From positions 1 to 46,621 of the forward strand of contig NW_021835202.1 of NCBI RefSeq assembly GCF_006345805.1: DNA of 46,621 nucleotides, in the 5' to 3' direction. Under the pieces are notes generated by a model, which was given only the letters and a program-made list of their open reading frames with translations, had not been told where the DNA came from and did no database searches. Source of the stretch: Octopus sinensis. Its lineage: Eukaryota. Position numbers and translations under genes: made by a program. Positions 12,039 through 21,229 of this stretch are shown piece after piece; the first letter of the stretch is position 1; each line of letters begins with the position of its first letter.

Positions 12039-12690
12039 TTTTGCGGGCCAGGGTATATTCGTAGAATCAACTCTAAGTCACATCGGACAAACTGAGTTGC
12101 GCTATTTATTTACGCCTCCATACATCCAACTACGGTATCCCACCAACAACGTCTACCTATTTCCCTTTCTTCTTAGAAACAGCAATAAAATAAAGTACTA
12201 GTGAGGAACATAATCGCCAGTTTGTTCTCCACCCAGCGAATACCGAGGCTTTCTGTAGATGTTTCAAATCGATATTAGCTTTTGGTGAAGCACTCCGTGG
12301 TGGCCATTAGCCGAATGGATTTCTTCCTAATTTAGTGCAGTTATTGTGACCTCTGGCCTTTCTCATCATAGAAACATTTAAACAGGCAAACAAACAAATA
12401 TATAAATAATAGAATACAAACAACACAAATGCTACAATCGACGCAAACATTGTCATAAAACAATATGGCCGCTGTATTGCATTAGCCATTAATAGCAATG
12501 TGTATGTATATGTGTATATCTATCTATCTACCTATATATATTATATATATATATTATATATATATATATATATGCCATATCAGATGTATATGCATATACA
12601 GATGTATATATATATATATAATATATATATATATATGATATATATATATATATATATGCATATACAATGTATATGCATATACAGATGTAT

Positions 12691-12727
<37 letters not shown>

Positions 12728-12982
12728 CATAGACGATGTATATGCATATACAGATGTATATATATACATATATGTATTTATATGCATGGATATATTCATT
12801 TATATATATATATATATATATATCAATTATAGATATATATATATATATATATATACATACATTTACCTATATATATGTAATTTCATATCAAACTCTGCAC
12901 CAGGACTAACTCTGAGCAAGCAAAGTTCACCATCCATAACAGCAACTACATCGTAATCATCGTCATTGCGAGCAGCAGCAGC

Positions 12983-13016
<34 letters not shown>

Positions 13017-13235
13017 TTGTTATTACCATGATCATCGTCATCATCATCGTCGTCGTCATGGTCGTAGACATCATTAGGGCGGTGCTGACAACAATGTTAC
13101 TGCGCCGGGTGAAATAACCAATGCTACTGGACCTGCATAATCAACTTAACACTCCGCTAAAATTTCTGATTTTGTGCCAAAATATATTATTTTTTATTTT
13201 GCTATTATTATTATTATTATTATTATTATTGAGTG

Positions 13236-13563
13236 AGAGAGTAGTGCATGCCATCAAAGTGACACTGGGGTAAAATATACGAAGCCCAATATACCCATCA
13301 TGACTACCCGTCTGATAAGGGTACACTAGGCACATGCACCCCAACCATATGTGCGCAACATGATGATGATCTCATATCAAGATAAACAGCACATGACCTT
13401 GCAGGTGAGGCCCAGTTAGAATTTTCTTCAGGTTGAGTAGCCCATCCCGCTCAAAAGGTCCCTGAATAAGGGTTGTTTAAGGATGTTGTAAGAACCACCC
13501 ATGTTTCCAGAGGTGAATTATTCAAACCCCAAAGAATCCCTCTCAACACATGGCTATGATGCT
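13236..13563. mobile_element. Interspersed repeat family D
   Basis: Homologous to 11085-11400 and flanked by (ATT)n tracts. Confidence 0.7.
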
Positions 13564-13566
13564 CTC

Positions 13567-13632
<66 letters not shown>

Positions 13633-13652
13633 CAGTAGTAGTAGTACAACAG

Positions 13653-13870
13653 AGGTGGTGAGATGGCGGGAATCCTTAGCACGACGGGCAAAATGCTTAG
13701 CAGCGTTTCGTCTGAGTTCTACACGTTCTGAGTTCAAATTCAGCCAAAGTTGACTTTGCCTTTCATCCTTTCGGTGTCGATAACTTAAGAACCAGTGAAA
13801 CACAGGGGTTAATGTAATCGATTAGTTCTTCCCCAAAAATGTCAGGCCTCCTACATTAGTAAAAAGGATC
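13653..13870 (+). mobile_element. SINE family B, alternative-tail variant
   Basis: CTGAGTTCAAATTC...GACTTTGCCTTTCATCCTTTCGG; tail CCCCAAAAATGTCAGGCC. Confidence 0.8.
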
Positions 13871-13880
13871 ATTATTATTA

Positions 13881-13921
<41 letters not shown>

Positions 13922-14094
13922 TATTTATATTATTATTATCCATCAATTATTATCATTATTATTATTATTATATTATTATTCTGTTTTTTCCTTCTTTCTT
14001 CAAATTTTCTTTCGTTTCTCGCCGAGTGCTTTCCATACACATTATTATCATTATTATTATTATTATTATTGGTCTCCTTTTATTATAGCTTTAT

Positions 14095-14370
14095 TTCAAC
14101 TGCCTTAGTACCGGGCATCCTCCGGAGGGCAAGAGCAGCAAGAGCACTTTTTTTTGGCCATGCTTGCTAAAATTATTACCTGCTTTCCGTAGTATATGGG
14201 CTGTACCCATCAAGGTTATCTTTTGTAGATCACAGAGATTGGAATTACCAGGGAGTTGTTTAATATACTCCTCAGCTCCCTTCTTTATCATTCCCAACAC
14301 ACCAGTTACTACTGTTATCATCGTAGTACAAAGCTCCCACATTTTTGTGATTTCATTTTGCAAATCTTTA
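14095..14370 (-). pseudogene. R4/Dong-like non-LTR retrotransposon, C-terminal restriction-like endonuclease region remnant
   Basis: MWELCTTMITVVTGVLGMIKKGAEEYIKQLPGNSNLCDLQKITLMGTAHILRK resembles the typical R4-clade C-terminus (...P(V/I)(V/I)xGALG...LQKxxLLGTAxILR). Flanked by (ATT)n. Confidence 0.75.
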
Positions 14371-14439
14371 TAGTGAGAAAGCTTTTCTATTATTATTATT
14401 ATTATTATTATATTATTATTATTATTATTATTATTATTG

Positions 14440-14935
14440 CACGCTGGAGGTGTACTACAGCGTCAGCTATTTACTACCAGTGAACTCAAGTAACACCTCT
14501 TATTTTTCGAGCACCTTCCGGAGTATTCGAGCGGTTCCAAGCAGTGCTGTTTACTGCAAGTGCTCCACCCTTATTGCAGCCCCTATTTGTTCCAAGTACT
14601 TCTCAATATTTTTACTCGCTATTCACATGTAACCCCAGCTTCAAATCCCCATTTCTGCAAATCTTCCAGTGTAACACTTTCACAATTTGGTCATGCCGCC
14701 TTTTCTTGTATTCTCCCAGGGCCAACTTCGGATATTCGGCAACAATATGTACCACAGATCTCATTCCAAATTCACTATACTCTACTTTTTTGATAACATC
14801 TTCTCCCCCTACACATATTTTCTCAAGTTATTTCTTTTTAATGCTTGATCTTAAGCTGCTATAATAATGCTATCTCTCTTTTTCAATCTCCCTTTTTTCA
14901 ACTAAACTCGCTCTAAGATTTATTATTGCTTGTTT
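14440..14935 (-). pseudogene. R4/Dong-like element, second subfamily, 3' region with stops and deletions
   Basis: Minus strand: LKKGD*KRDSIIIAA*DQALKRN, HIVAEYPKLALGEYKKRRHDQIVKVLHWKIC (zinc-knuckle region), IEKYLEQIGAAIRVEHLQ*TALLGTARILRKVLEK*, then a short UTR and (AAT)n. Confidence 0.8.
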
Positions 14936-15229
14936 ACACTTTTTCGATATCAGTGTCTTTACGATACTGGAAAAAGTATATGTATTTGTGAAGGGAACCT
15001 ACTTTTCATCGACAACTGTGATTGTCACACGTCGATGACGGGTCAATACCCAGAAACTCGAGTCCGTGTGTATCATAAGTTGGAGACGGGAAGGATGGCT
15101 TCCCTTTGCAAATACTGATAGGGCACAGAAAGTGTGTCTATACCCAGCTGGAGGAGGTGTCCTCCTGAGGCTACAAACTACAGTAGCATCCACCCTTAGG
15201 GGTTAGCCATATTTAAATTGCAAATGTAC

Positions 15230-15590
15230 GTCACCCAGTATTTTGTTCCAAGTAAATCCTCAACGGCTTTCCGAAACTCACTCTGCAAACGTTTACCTTC
15301 AATCTAGTTAACAAGTTCTCTTTGAATTTCATTCTTGTCTCTTTCTCCTGTTCCACACTTCATCTTCTGTTCTTTATTCACTGTCTTTAGTAATTTCTTT
15401 CAGCTGTTCAGTAAATATTTAATTCCACTTTTATTTTAAAACTGTACACTCTACTCCACAGCAATGAAGGCTCTTCCATCATGATCACTCTTCAAGTACA
15501 CCCAATTCATATTAGCTTTCGAATGGTGGGCTCCATATATTGTCAAAAGCTTTCTAGTTTTTCTGTCAGGTTTCTGTATGCCTTTACCGA
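15230..15590 (-). pseudogene. R4/Dong-like RT C-terminal remnant, upstream part of the 14440-14935 element
   Basis: DRKTRKLLTIYGAHHSKANMNWVYLKSDHDGRAFIAVE resembles the conserved DRKTRKLLTMHGAHHPKADVDRLY...GGRGL motif. Confidence 0.75.
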
Positions 15591-15700
15591 GGTCGATTTT
15601 GCCTTTCATCCTATTAAAGTCGATAAAAAAGTACCAGTTGAACACTGGTGTCAATGTAATGGACTTACCCCTCGCCTGAATTTGCTGGCCTTGTAACAAA
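15590..15700 (+). mobile_element. SINE family B 3' fragment
   Basis: GAGGTCGATTTTGCCTTTCATCC...AAGTACCAGTTGAACACTGG. Confidence 0.75.
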
Positions 15701-15713
15701 ATTATTATTATTA

Positions 15714-15756
<43 letters not shown>

Positions 15757-15811
15757 GTTTATATATTTGTTGTGCAAGATTTTTTATGTGAAGTCGTGTG
15801 TTGAAACAGAC

Positions 15812-16096
15812 ATTGTTGTATTTCGGAAAGGTCATTTTGCCAGTTTAGCCAATAAAAACACATGCACGATATATTTGATGTTATTTTGCTCCAGTGTTAT
15901 TTATTTTTGACATTAATCTTAATCTTATTTCGGCCAGAGATCTTTCGTCACACTCCTGTGACCGAATCAGTGCTCCTTTGCTGTCTTCTTTCTTATTTGT
16001 GTGTCTCTCCTTACTAACCGTTAGCAACAGCAAATATATAGTGCGTGTGTTTTTATTGGCTAAACTGGCAAAATGACCATTCCTAAATACAACAAT
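15812..16096. mobile_element. Fold-back (MITE-like or Penelope-derived) element with about 65-bp terminal inverted repeats
   Basis: 15812-15877 is the reverse complement of 16031-16096 with a few mismatches. Interior about 150 bp. Confidence 0.75.
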
Positions 16097-16124
16097 ATTA
16101 TTATTATTTATTGTCTTTGTACAG

Positions 16125-16275
16125 CTTCTATCGTTGGAGATGTACTATGGTGCCAGCTGTTCACTACCAGTGAACTAAGATAACACCTCTTATTTTCCGA
16201 GCACCATCCGCAGTATTCGAGCGGTTCCAAGTGTGCTGTATTCTGCAAGTTCTCCGCCCTTATTGCAGCCCCAAT
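16125..16275 (-). mobile_element. R4/Dong-like 3'-end fragment
   Basis: Near copy of 14445-14590 (GGAACCGCTCGAATACT...AATAAGAGGTGTTA) next to (ATT)n. Confidence 0.8.
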
Positions 16276-16439
16276 TTTATTATTGCTATTTATTTATTTA
16301 CCTATTTTTCAAATTAAGCAAGATCTGCCCATTGAGAAAAGGGACCTAGACGGATTCAGGTGCCATGTTAAAGAGTGTGTGTGAGCGAAATTAAGAATCA
16401 CTGAAGTTTAAATTGTAATGTAAATGTACATCTAAGTTT

Positions 16440-16560
16440 AAGGCGGTGAACTGATAGAATCGCTGCCGCACCGGACAAAATTCTTAGCGGCATTTCGTCC
16501 GTCTTTACGATCTTTGAGTTCAATTCCACCGAGTTCGACTTTGCATTTCCTCATTGCGGC
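16440..16560 (+). mobile_element. SINE family B 5' fragment
   Basis: GGCGGTGAACTGATAGAATCG...GCATTTCGTCCGTCTTTACG...GAGTTCAATTCC. Confidence 0.75.
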
Positions 16561-16730
16561 GAGAACATTCCAGAACTTCCTGTTCTTTTCTTTTACTAAA
16601 ATTTGAAACTATAACATGTATGTATGTATGTATGTATGTATGTATGTATGTATGTATGTATGTATGTATGTATGTATGTATGTATGTTTGTATGTATATT
16701 TGTATGTATGTTTGTATGTAGGTATATATC

Positions 16731-16769
<39 letters not shown>

Positions 16770-16781
16770 ATGTGCGTGTGT

Positions 16782-17065
16782 GGAGGCGCATAGGCCCAGT
16801 GGTTAGGGCAACGGACTCGCGGTCGTGGGATCGCGCAGTCGTTGTGAGTGTTTATTGAGCGAAAACACCTAAAGCTCCACGAGGCTCCGGTAGTGGCGAT
16901 CCCTGCTGTACTCTTTCGCCACAACTTTCTCTCACTCTTTCTTCTGTTGGCCTGCTCGCTTAGCCAGCGGGGTGGCGTCACTTGAAGGCTAAAACAATGC
17001 GAAGCGCATTGTGACCAGCGATGTGTAGCAACATCTGATAGCCTAGTCGGTCACGTGATCACGTG

Positions 17066-17066
<1 letters not shown>
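16782..17066 (+). mobile_element. SINE family C with B-box deleted
   Basis: Collinear with 43187-43478 but lacks GTTTCGATTCCCAGACCGGG. Confidence 0.9.
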
Positions 17067-17098
<32 letters not shown>

Positions 17099-17107
17099 GT
17101 AGATTAA

Positions 17108-17312
17108 GGCTGCGAGCTAGCAGACGTGTTACCGCGCCCGGTAAAATGCTCAGTGGCATTTCGTCCGTCTTTACGTTCCGAGTTCAAATTCCGCCGAGGT
17201 CGACTTTGTACTGGGCTGTGGTTGTCGGGGGGGGGGGGGGGTAAAGATCGATGTAATCGGTTTACCACTTCTCCCGAAATTACTGGCATTGTGTCAAAAT
17301 TTGAAACCAATA
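17108..17312 (+). mobile_element. SINE family B with internal deletion
   Basis: GAGTTCAAATTCCGCCGAGGTCGACTTTG. Confidence 0.8.
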
Positions 17313-17419
17313 GTCGAATGCAGAAAATTAGTGCGAAAATATTCAGCCAAGGTTCTAACAAACTATATCGTATTCTAGTACAATTTAATGACAAACTAAA
17401 GGTAATTCAGCTAAAAGCT

Positions 17420-17990
17420 GTAGAGTATTTTCACCTGAGACACTTTTGCATCTAACTGTTGAATAGTCTCACCTGAGACGATTTAGTAACGAACCTGTAT
17501 TAACTAAAAATATCCAGAAAAAAAAATTCTTAGCTGAGCAACGTTCCTGTAGCATATTCTCACCTGAGCCAGTTTAACAAATGATATTTTCTTTCCTGAG
17601 ACAGTTTAACAATCAACTCGTAAAATATTAGACAATTAAAAACACACCTGTATAACTTTTGCCCTGAAGCAATTTTGCAACACGCTTATAGAATGTTCTC
17701 ACCTGAGACAAATTAGAAACAAACCTGTAAAAACCTTCACCTTAGATAACTCAACAACATACCTGTATGATATTTGCACATTACGTAACTTAGCAATATA
17801 TATTGTGTCATATTCCTACTTGAGACGATTTTACAACATATCTATTATATTACATTCTTACCTAAGACAAATTAACATCAGACTTGCTGAACATTCACAC
17901 CTGCGGAAATATAGAAAGAAGTCTTTTGTTTTTCTTTTGCTCTTTCGCCTGAGAACATTCATAACAAATATATTTCTTATTCTCACGTGG
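17420..17990. repeat. Degenerate minisatellite built on TCTCACCTGAGAC
   Basis: About 11 irregularly spaced variants. Exact CACCTG at 17432, 17470, 17561, 17645, 17700 and 17898. Confidence 0.75.
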
Positions 17991-18439
17991 AAAGTTATAG
18001 TAATCATCAACTGATGATACACCGGTTAGAATCATGGTCCTACCCTCAAAAATAAGGAAGATACATTCGAAGTAGTCCTAGATATACATTACACAAAGAA
18101 AAGTTAATTTTATTTCGATTAAAGCATCTTTCATCAGATGTCTCGTAGATCTTGGTGGAATAATCTGTGGCTGAACGCCAAAGTATTTTGCATTCTAGAC
18201 CCCTGTATAAATCATTCTTCTGTTAGAAAGACCTTAAGATAGTTAAGTTGTTAATAATATAGTTTAATAACCATGTACTTTAGAGTTCGATCACATATTA
18301 CAGCCAGTTGGGGCAAGCGATTACTTTTTACTATAGAATGCGATGACCAATGGACCATGAGACGAAACTTGCCGTGGGTGTGTGGGTGTGTGGTGGGGGT
18401 GAGTGTGTGCGTGTGAGTGGGGGTGTATATGTGTTTGCG

Positions 18440-18672
18440 TATGTGTGTATATTTGTGTTCTGCTTGTCCTCCACAACAGCTTTACAACCGGTGTTGATAT
18501 GTTTATGTCCCCGTAACATAGCAGTTCAGCATATGTGACTGATAGAATAAATACCAGGCTTAAAAATGAAAAAAACTATAGGGGTTGACACATTCGTCTT
18601 CTGAAAAATTCTTCAAGGGGTGCCCCAGCATGGCCGCTGTCCAATGACTGAAGCAAGTAAAAGATAAAAGAT
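18440..18672 (+). mobile_element. SINE family A-related body and tail, older variant
   Basis: TATGTCCCCGTAACATAG...GGTGCCCCAGCATGGCCGC...ATGACTGAAGCAAGTAAAAG. Confidence 0.75.
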
Positions 18673-18675
18673 AAA

Positions 18676-19084
18676 GGAGTGGCTGTGTGGTAAGTAGCTT
18701 GCTAACCAACCACATGGTTCCGGGTTCAGTCCCACTGCGTGGCATCTTGGGCAAGTGTCTTCTGCTATAGCCCCGGGCCGACCAATGCCTTGTGAGTGGA
18801 TTTGGTAGACGGAAACTGAAAGAAGCCTGTCGTATATATGTATATATATAATATATATATGTATATGTGTGTTTGTGTGTCTGTGTTTGTCCCCCTAGCG
18901 TTGCTTGACAACCGATGCTGGTGTGTTTACGTCCCCGTCACTTAGCGGTTCGGCAAAAAGAGACCGATAGAATAAGTACTGGGCTTACAAAAAGAATAAG
19001 TCCCGGGGTCGAGTTGCTCGACTAAAGGCGGTGCTCCAGCATGGCCGCAGTCAAATGACTGAAACAAGTAAAAGAGTAAAAGAG
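18676..19084 (+). mobile_element. SINE family A, full length, inserted at the tail of the preceding copy
   Basis: Complete head, linker, body and tail. Confidence 0.92.
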
Positions 19085-19088
19085 TATA

Positions 19089-19639
19089 TAGGTTTATTCA
19101 AAAAGCAAGAGAAGATTTAAATTTTATTTTTTAAAACAAACGTAAGAGACACAAACACATTCTACATATTTTTTGACAGGGAAGGTTTTAAGTTTATTTT
19201 AAGGTAGTATGCACTGAACATGACCACCGGTGCTTTTTCCCTTTCAAATGCAACCTTTTTCTGTGAAATTTTTTATGCCATTCTTAAATTCGCCTGTGAC
19301 GAGGTGGATTTTTATTGATTTGGCGACGAAATTCACGTTGCACTTGCACAATCGATTCGTATATCTCAAACTGCCGCACACAAAATGGCTTTTCTTGTGG
19401 CGTCGCCATTTTCTTAGGGATTACACAAGTGACAATTATACAACTTGAAATAAAATGAACAAAATGAAGCATTAAAACAAAATTAAAATATAATTTTATC
19501 TAAGGCTTAATTTAATTTATCATGTTCAGCTATAAACTTTAAACCTTTCCCTATCAAGAAATATGTAGAATAATGTGTTTGTGTCTGTTACCTTGTCTTA
19601 AACATAAATTTGAAATCTGCTCTTTCTTTTTGAATAAAC

Positions 19640-19642
<3 letters not shown>
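19089..19642 (-). mobile_element. Internally deleted Tc1/mariner DNA transposon
   Basis: Imperfect TIRs of about 110 bp (YAGGTTTATTCAAAAAG...) flanked by TA. The minus strand from ATG at 19409 encodes MATPQEKPFCVRQFEIYESIVQVQREFRRQINKNPP, an N-terminal HTH-type transposase start, and then stops. Confidence 0.85.
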
Positions 19643-19723
<81 letters not shown>

Positions 19724-19747
19724 CTTTATTTAAAGCAGCAGAAAATT

Positions 19748-19802
19748 CAAGAAAATCTGTTACTCTGAGTTTCTCGTTGCCGTTCATCAGACAGTTTTTT
19801 TT
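19748..19802 (-). ncRNA. Minimal type I hammerhead ribozyme motif, minus strand, unit 1
   Basis: The minus strand reads AAAAACTGT-CTGATGA-ACGGCAACGA-GAA-ACTC-A-GAGT-A-ACAGATTTT. Core at 19790-19784, predicted cleavage 3' of 19761. Confidence 0.65.
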
Positions 19803-19860
19803 TTTAACAAAAACTGTCTGATGAACGGCAACGAGAAACTCAGTAACAGATTTTGTTGAA
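19803..19860 (+). ncRNA. Minimal type I hammerhead ribozyme motif, plus strand, unit 1
   Basis: Stem I TTTAACAAAAACTGT/ACAGATTTTGTTGAA (one A.A mismatch, one G.U). Core CTGATGA at 19818-19824. Stem II ACG-GCAA-CGA. GAAA, then palindromic stem III ACT-C-AGT. Predicted GUA cleavage after 19845. Activity untested. Confidence 0.65.
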
Positions 19861-20041
19861 TTTTCTGCTGCTTTAAATAAAGCATTACTCTGCCACTGGT
19901 ATTTGAGTACTCTTTTTTTCCACCTTGTTTCACATTAATATGTTTACTCCGGTATATTATATATATATATATATAATATATATATATATATATTATATAT
20001 ATATATATATACATATACTTTATTTAAAGCAGCAGAAAATT

Positions 20042-20096
20042 CAAGAAAATCTGTTACTCTGAGTTTCTCGTTGCCGTTCATCAGACAGTTTTTTTT
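20042..20096 (-). ncRNA. Minimal type I hammerhead ribozyme motif, minus strand, unit 2
   Basis: Identical to unit 1. Core at 20084-20078. Confidence 0.65.
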
Positions 20097-20154
20097 TTTA
20101 ACAAAAACTGTCTGATGAACGGCAACGAGAAACTCAGTAACAGATTTTGTTGAA
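20097..20154 (+). ncRNA. Minimal type I hammerhead ribozyme motif, plus strand, unit 2
   Basis: Identical to unit 1. Core at 20112-20118, predicted cleavage after 20139. Confidence 0.65.
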
Positions 20155-20250
20155 TTTTCTGCTGCTTTAAATAAAGCATTACTCTGCCACTGGTATTTGA
20201 GTACTCTTTTTTTCCACCCTGTTTTTCACCCATTAATATATATTACTCCG

Positions 20251-20281
<31 letters not shown>

Positions 20282-20289
20282 TTATTTAT

Positions 20290-21058
20290 TTACTTTTTTT
20301 ATTTACTTAGTTTCAGCTCACAAGCTGTGGCCATGCTGGGGCACCGCCATTTGGTATTGCTACATGATTTTACTTCACGAATGCTTTGTAGCAATTGCCA
20401 TCTGGTGCATGAGAGAGTTCGATGCAGCTGCCCTCATCTGCACCTCCTGCCGTGAAGTTGGTTCATCTGGGATACCTGACAAGAGATCCAGTTTCATTTG
20501 AAAGACATCTGCATCCACCCCATACAGGTCTCTTAGGTTCTTCTGGATGATATTGAAGAGCTGTGGGCCTCGGAAGCCCAGGCTATCACAGTATCTTGTC
20601 CTACATCTTGATGGCAAATTTGGAGTCCTTGGCACTATGCAGTGGAGCCCAGTTCTGGCATTTGTGTAACTCTCAATGCCAAAGTTTGGGACAAGTCCTT
20701 CTAGGATCTTCCAGATGTATATTATGGCATATCTTTCTCGCCTACGCTCTAAAGAATAGAGTCTCAATCTCTTGAGTCTTTCCCAATAGCTTATATGCTG
20801 CACAGAGGCTATCTTCTTCGTGTAGCTTCGTTGGATCGCCTCAAGTTCTGTGATTAACTTGACACTGGATGGTGACCATAGCTGAGAGCAATAGTCAAAG
20901 TGGCTTAGGACAAGTGTCCTCCAGAGGACCATCTTGGTTTCCTGGTCTCTTGTTCTAAAGGTTCTAAGAGTCCATCCAGTCAGCCGCCTACATTTCATTG
21001 CCAATTTAGCAACATGCACATGAAAGGTAGCATTATCACTCATGTAAATACCCAGGTC
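20290..21058 (-). mobile_element. 5'-truncated L2/CR1-group LINE with intact 3' end
   Basis: An open RT C-terminal frame is followed by an 85-bp 3' UTR with a stem-loop and a (TAAA)n-like tail. Confidence 0.9.
20375..21058 (-). pseudogene. LINE ORF2 C-terminal fragment (post-RT domain), uninterrupted for about 227 codons
   Basis: DLGIYMSDNATF...LRTFRTRD...LVLSHFDYCSQLWSP...LEAIQRSYTKKI...SYWERLKRLRLYSLERRRERY, a typical CR1/L2 C-terminal motif series. The track's start at 21091 lies in the neighbouring repeat. Confidence 0.9.
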
Positions 21059-21212
21059 GGAGTAAACGCATAAATGTGAAGCAAGGTGCAAAAAAGAGCA
21101 CTCAAATACCAGGAGCAGAGTAATATGCTTTATTTAAAAGCAGCAGAAATTCAACAAGACCTGTTACTCAGAGTTTCACGTTCCCGAACGTGAAACTCCG
21201 AGTAACAGGTTT
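21058..21212 (-). mobile_element. Diverged family P1 copy with a small fold-back and truncated hammerhead halves
   Basis: Homologous to 19826-19950. Hairpin ACCTGTTACTCAGAGTTTCACGTTC-CC-GAACGTGAAACTCCGAGTAACAGGT at about 21159-21210. Confidence 0.8.
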
Positions 21213-21229
21213 TGTTACACCAATAGCAA

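Larger units (their letters stand above)
19722..20251. mobile_element. Two tandem copies (period 294 bp) of a fold-back, hammerhead-containing repeat (family P1; Penelope LTR/retrozyme-like)
   Basis: Units 19722-19951 and 20016-20251 are separated by (TA)n. Each unit has about 75-bp inverted arms (19724-19799 and 19809-19882) that both contain CTGATGA...GAAAC. Confidence 0.8.

Noticed and set aside
18103-18145. CTGATGA...GAAA on the minus strand as a hammerhead
   Set aside because: Stem II does not close at the core and there is no stem I pairing.
21059-21091. N-terminal MHLASHLCVYS of the 238-aa ORF as a real start
   Set aside because: These codons lie in the adjacent P1 repeat and start at TTG. 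The LINE-derived part begins at DLG (21058).
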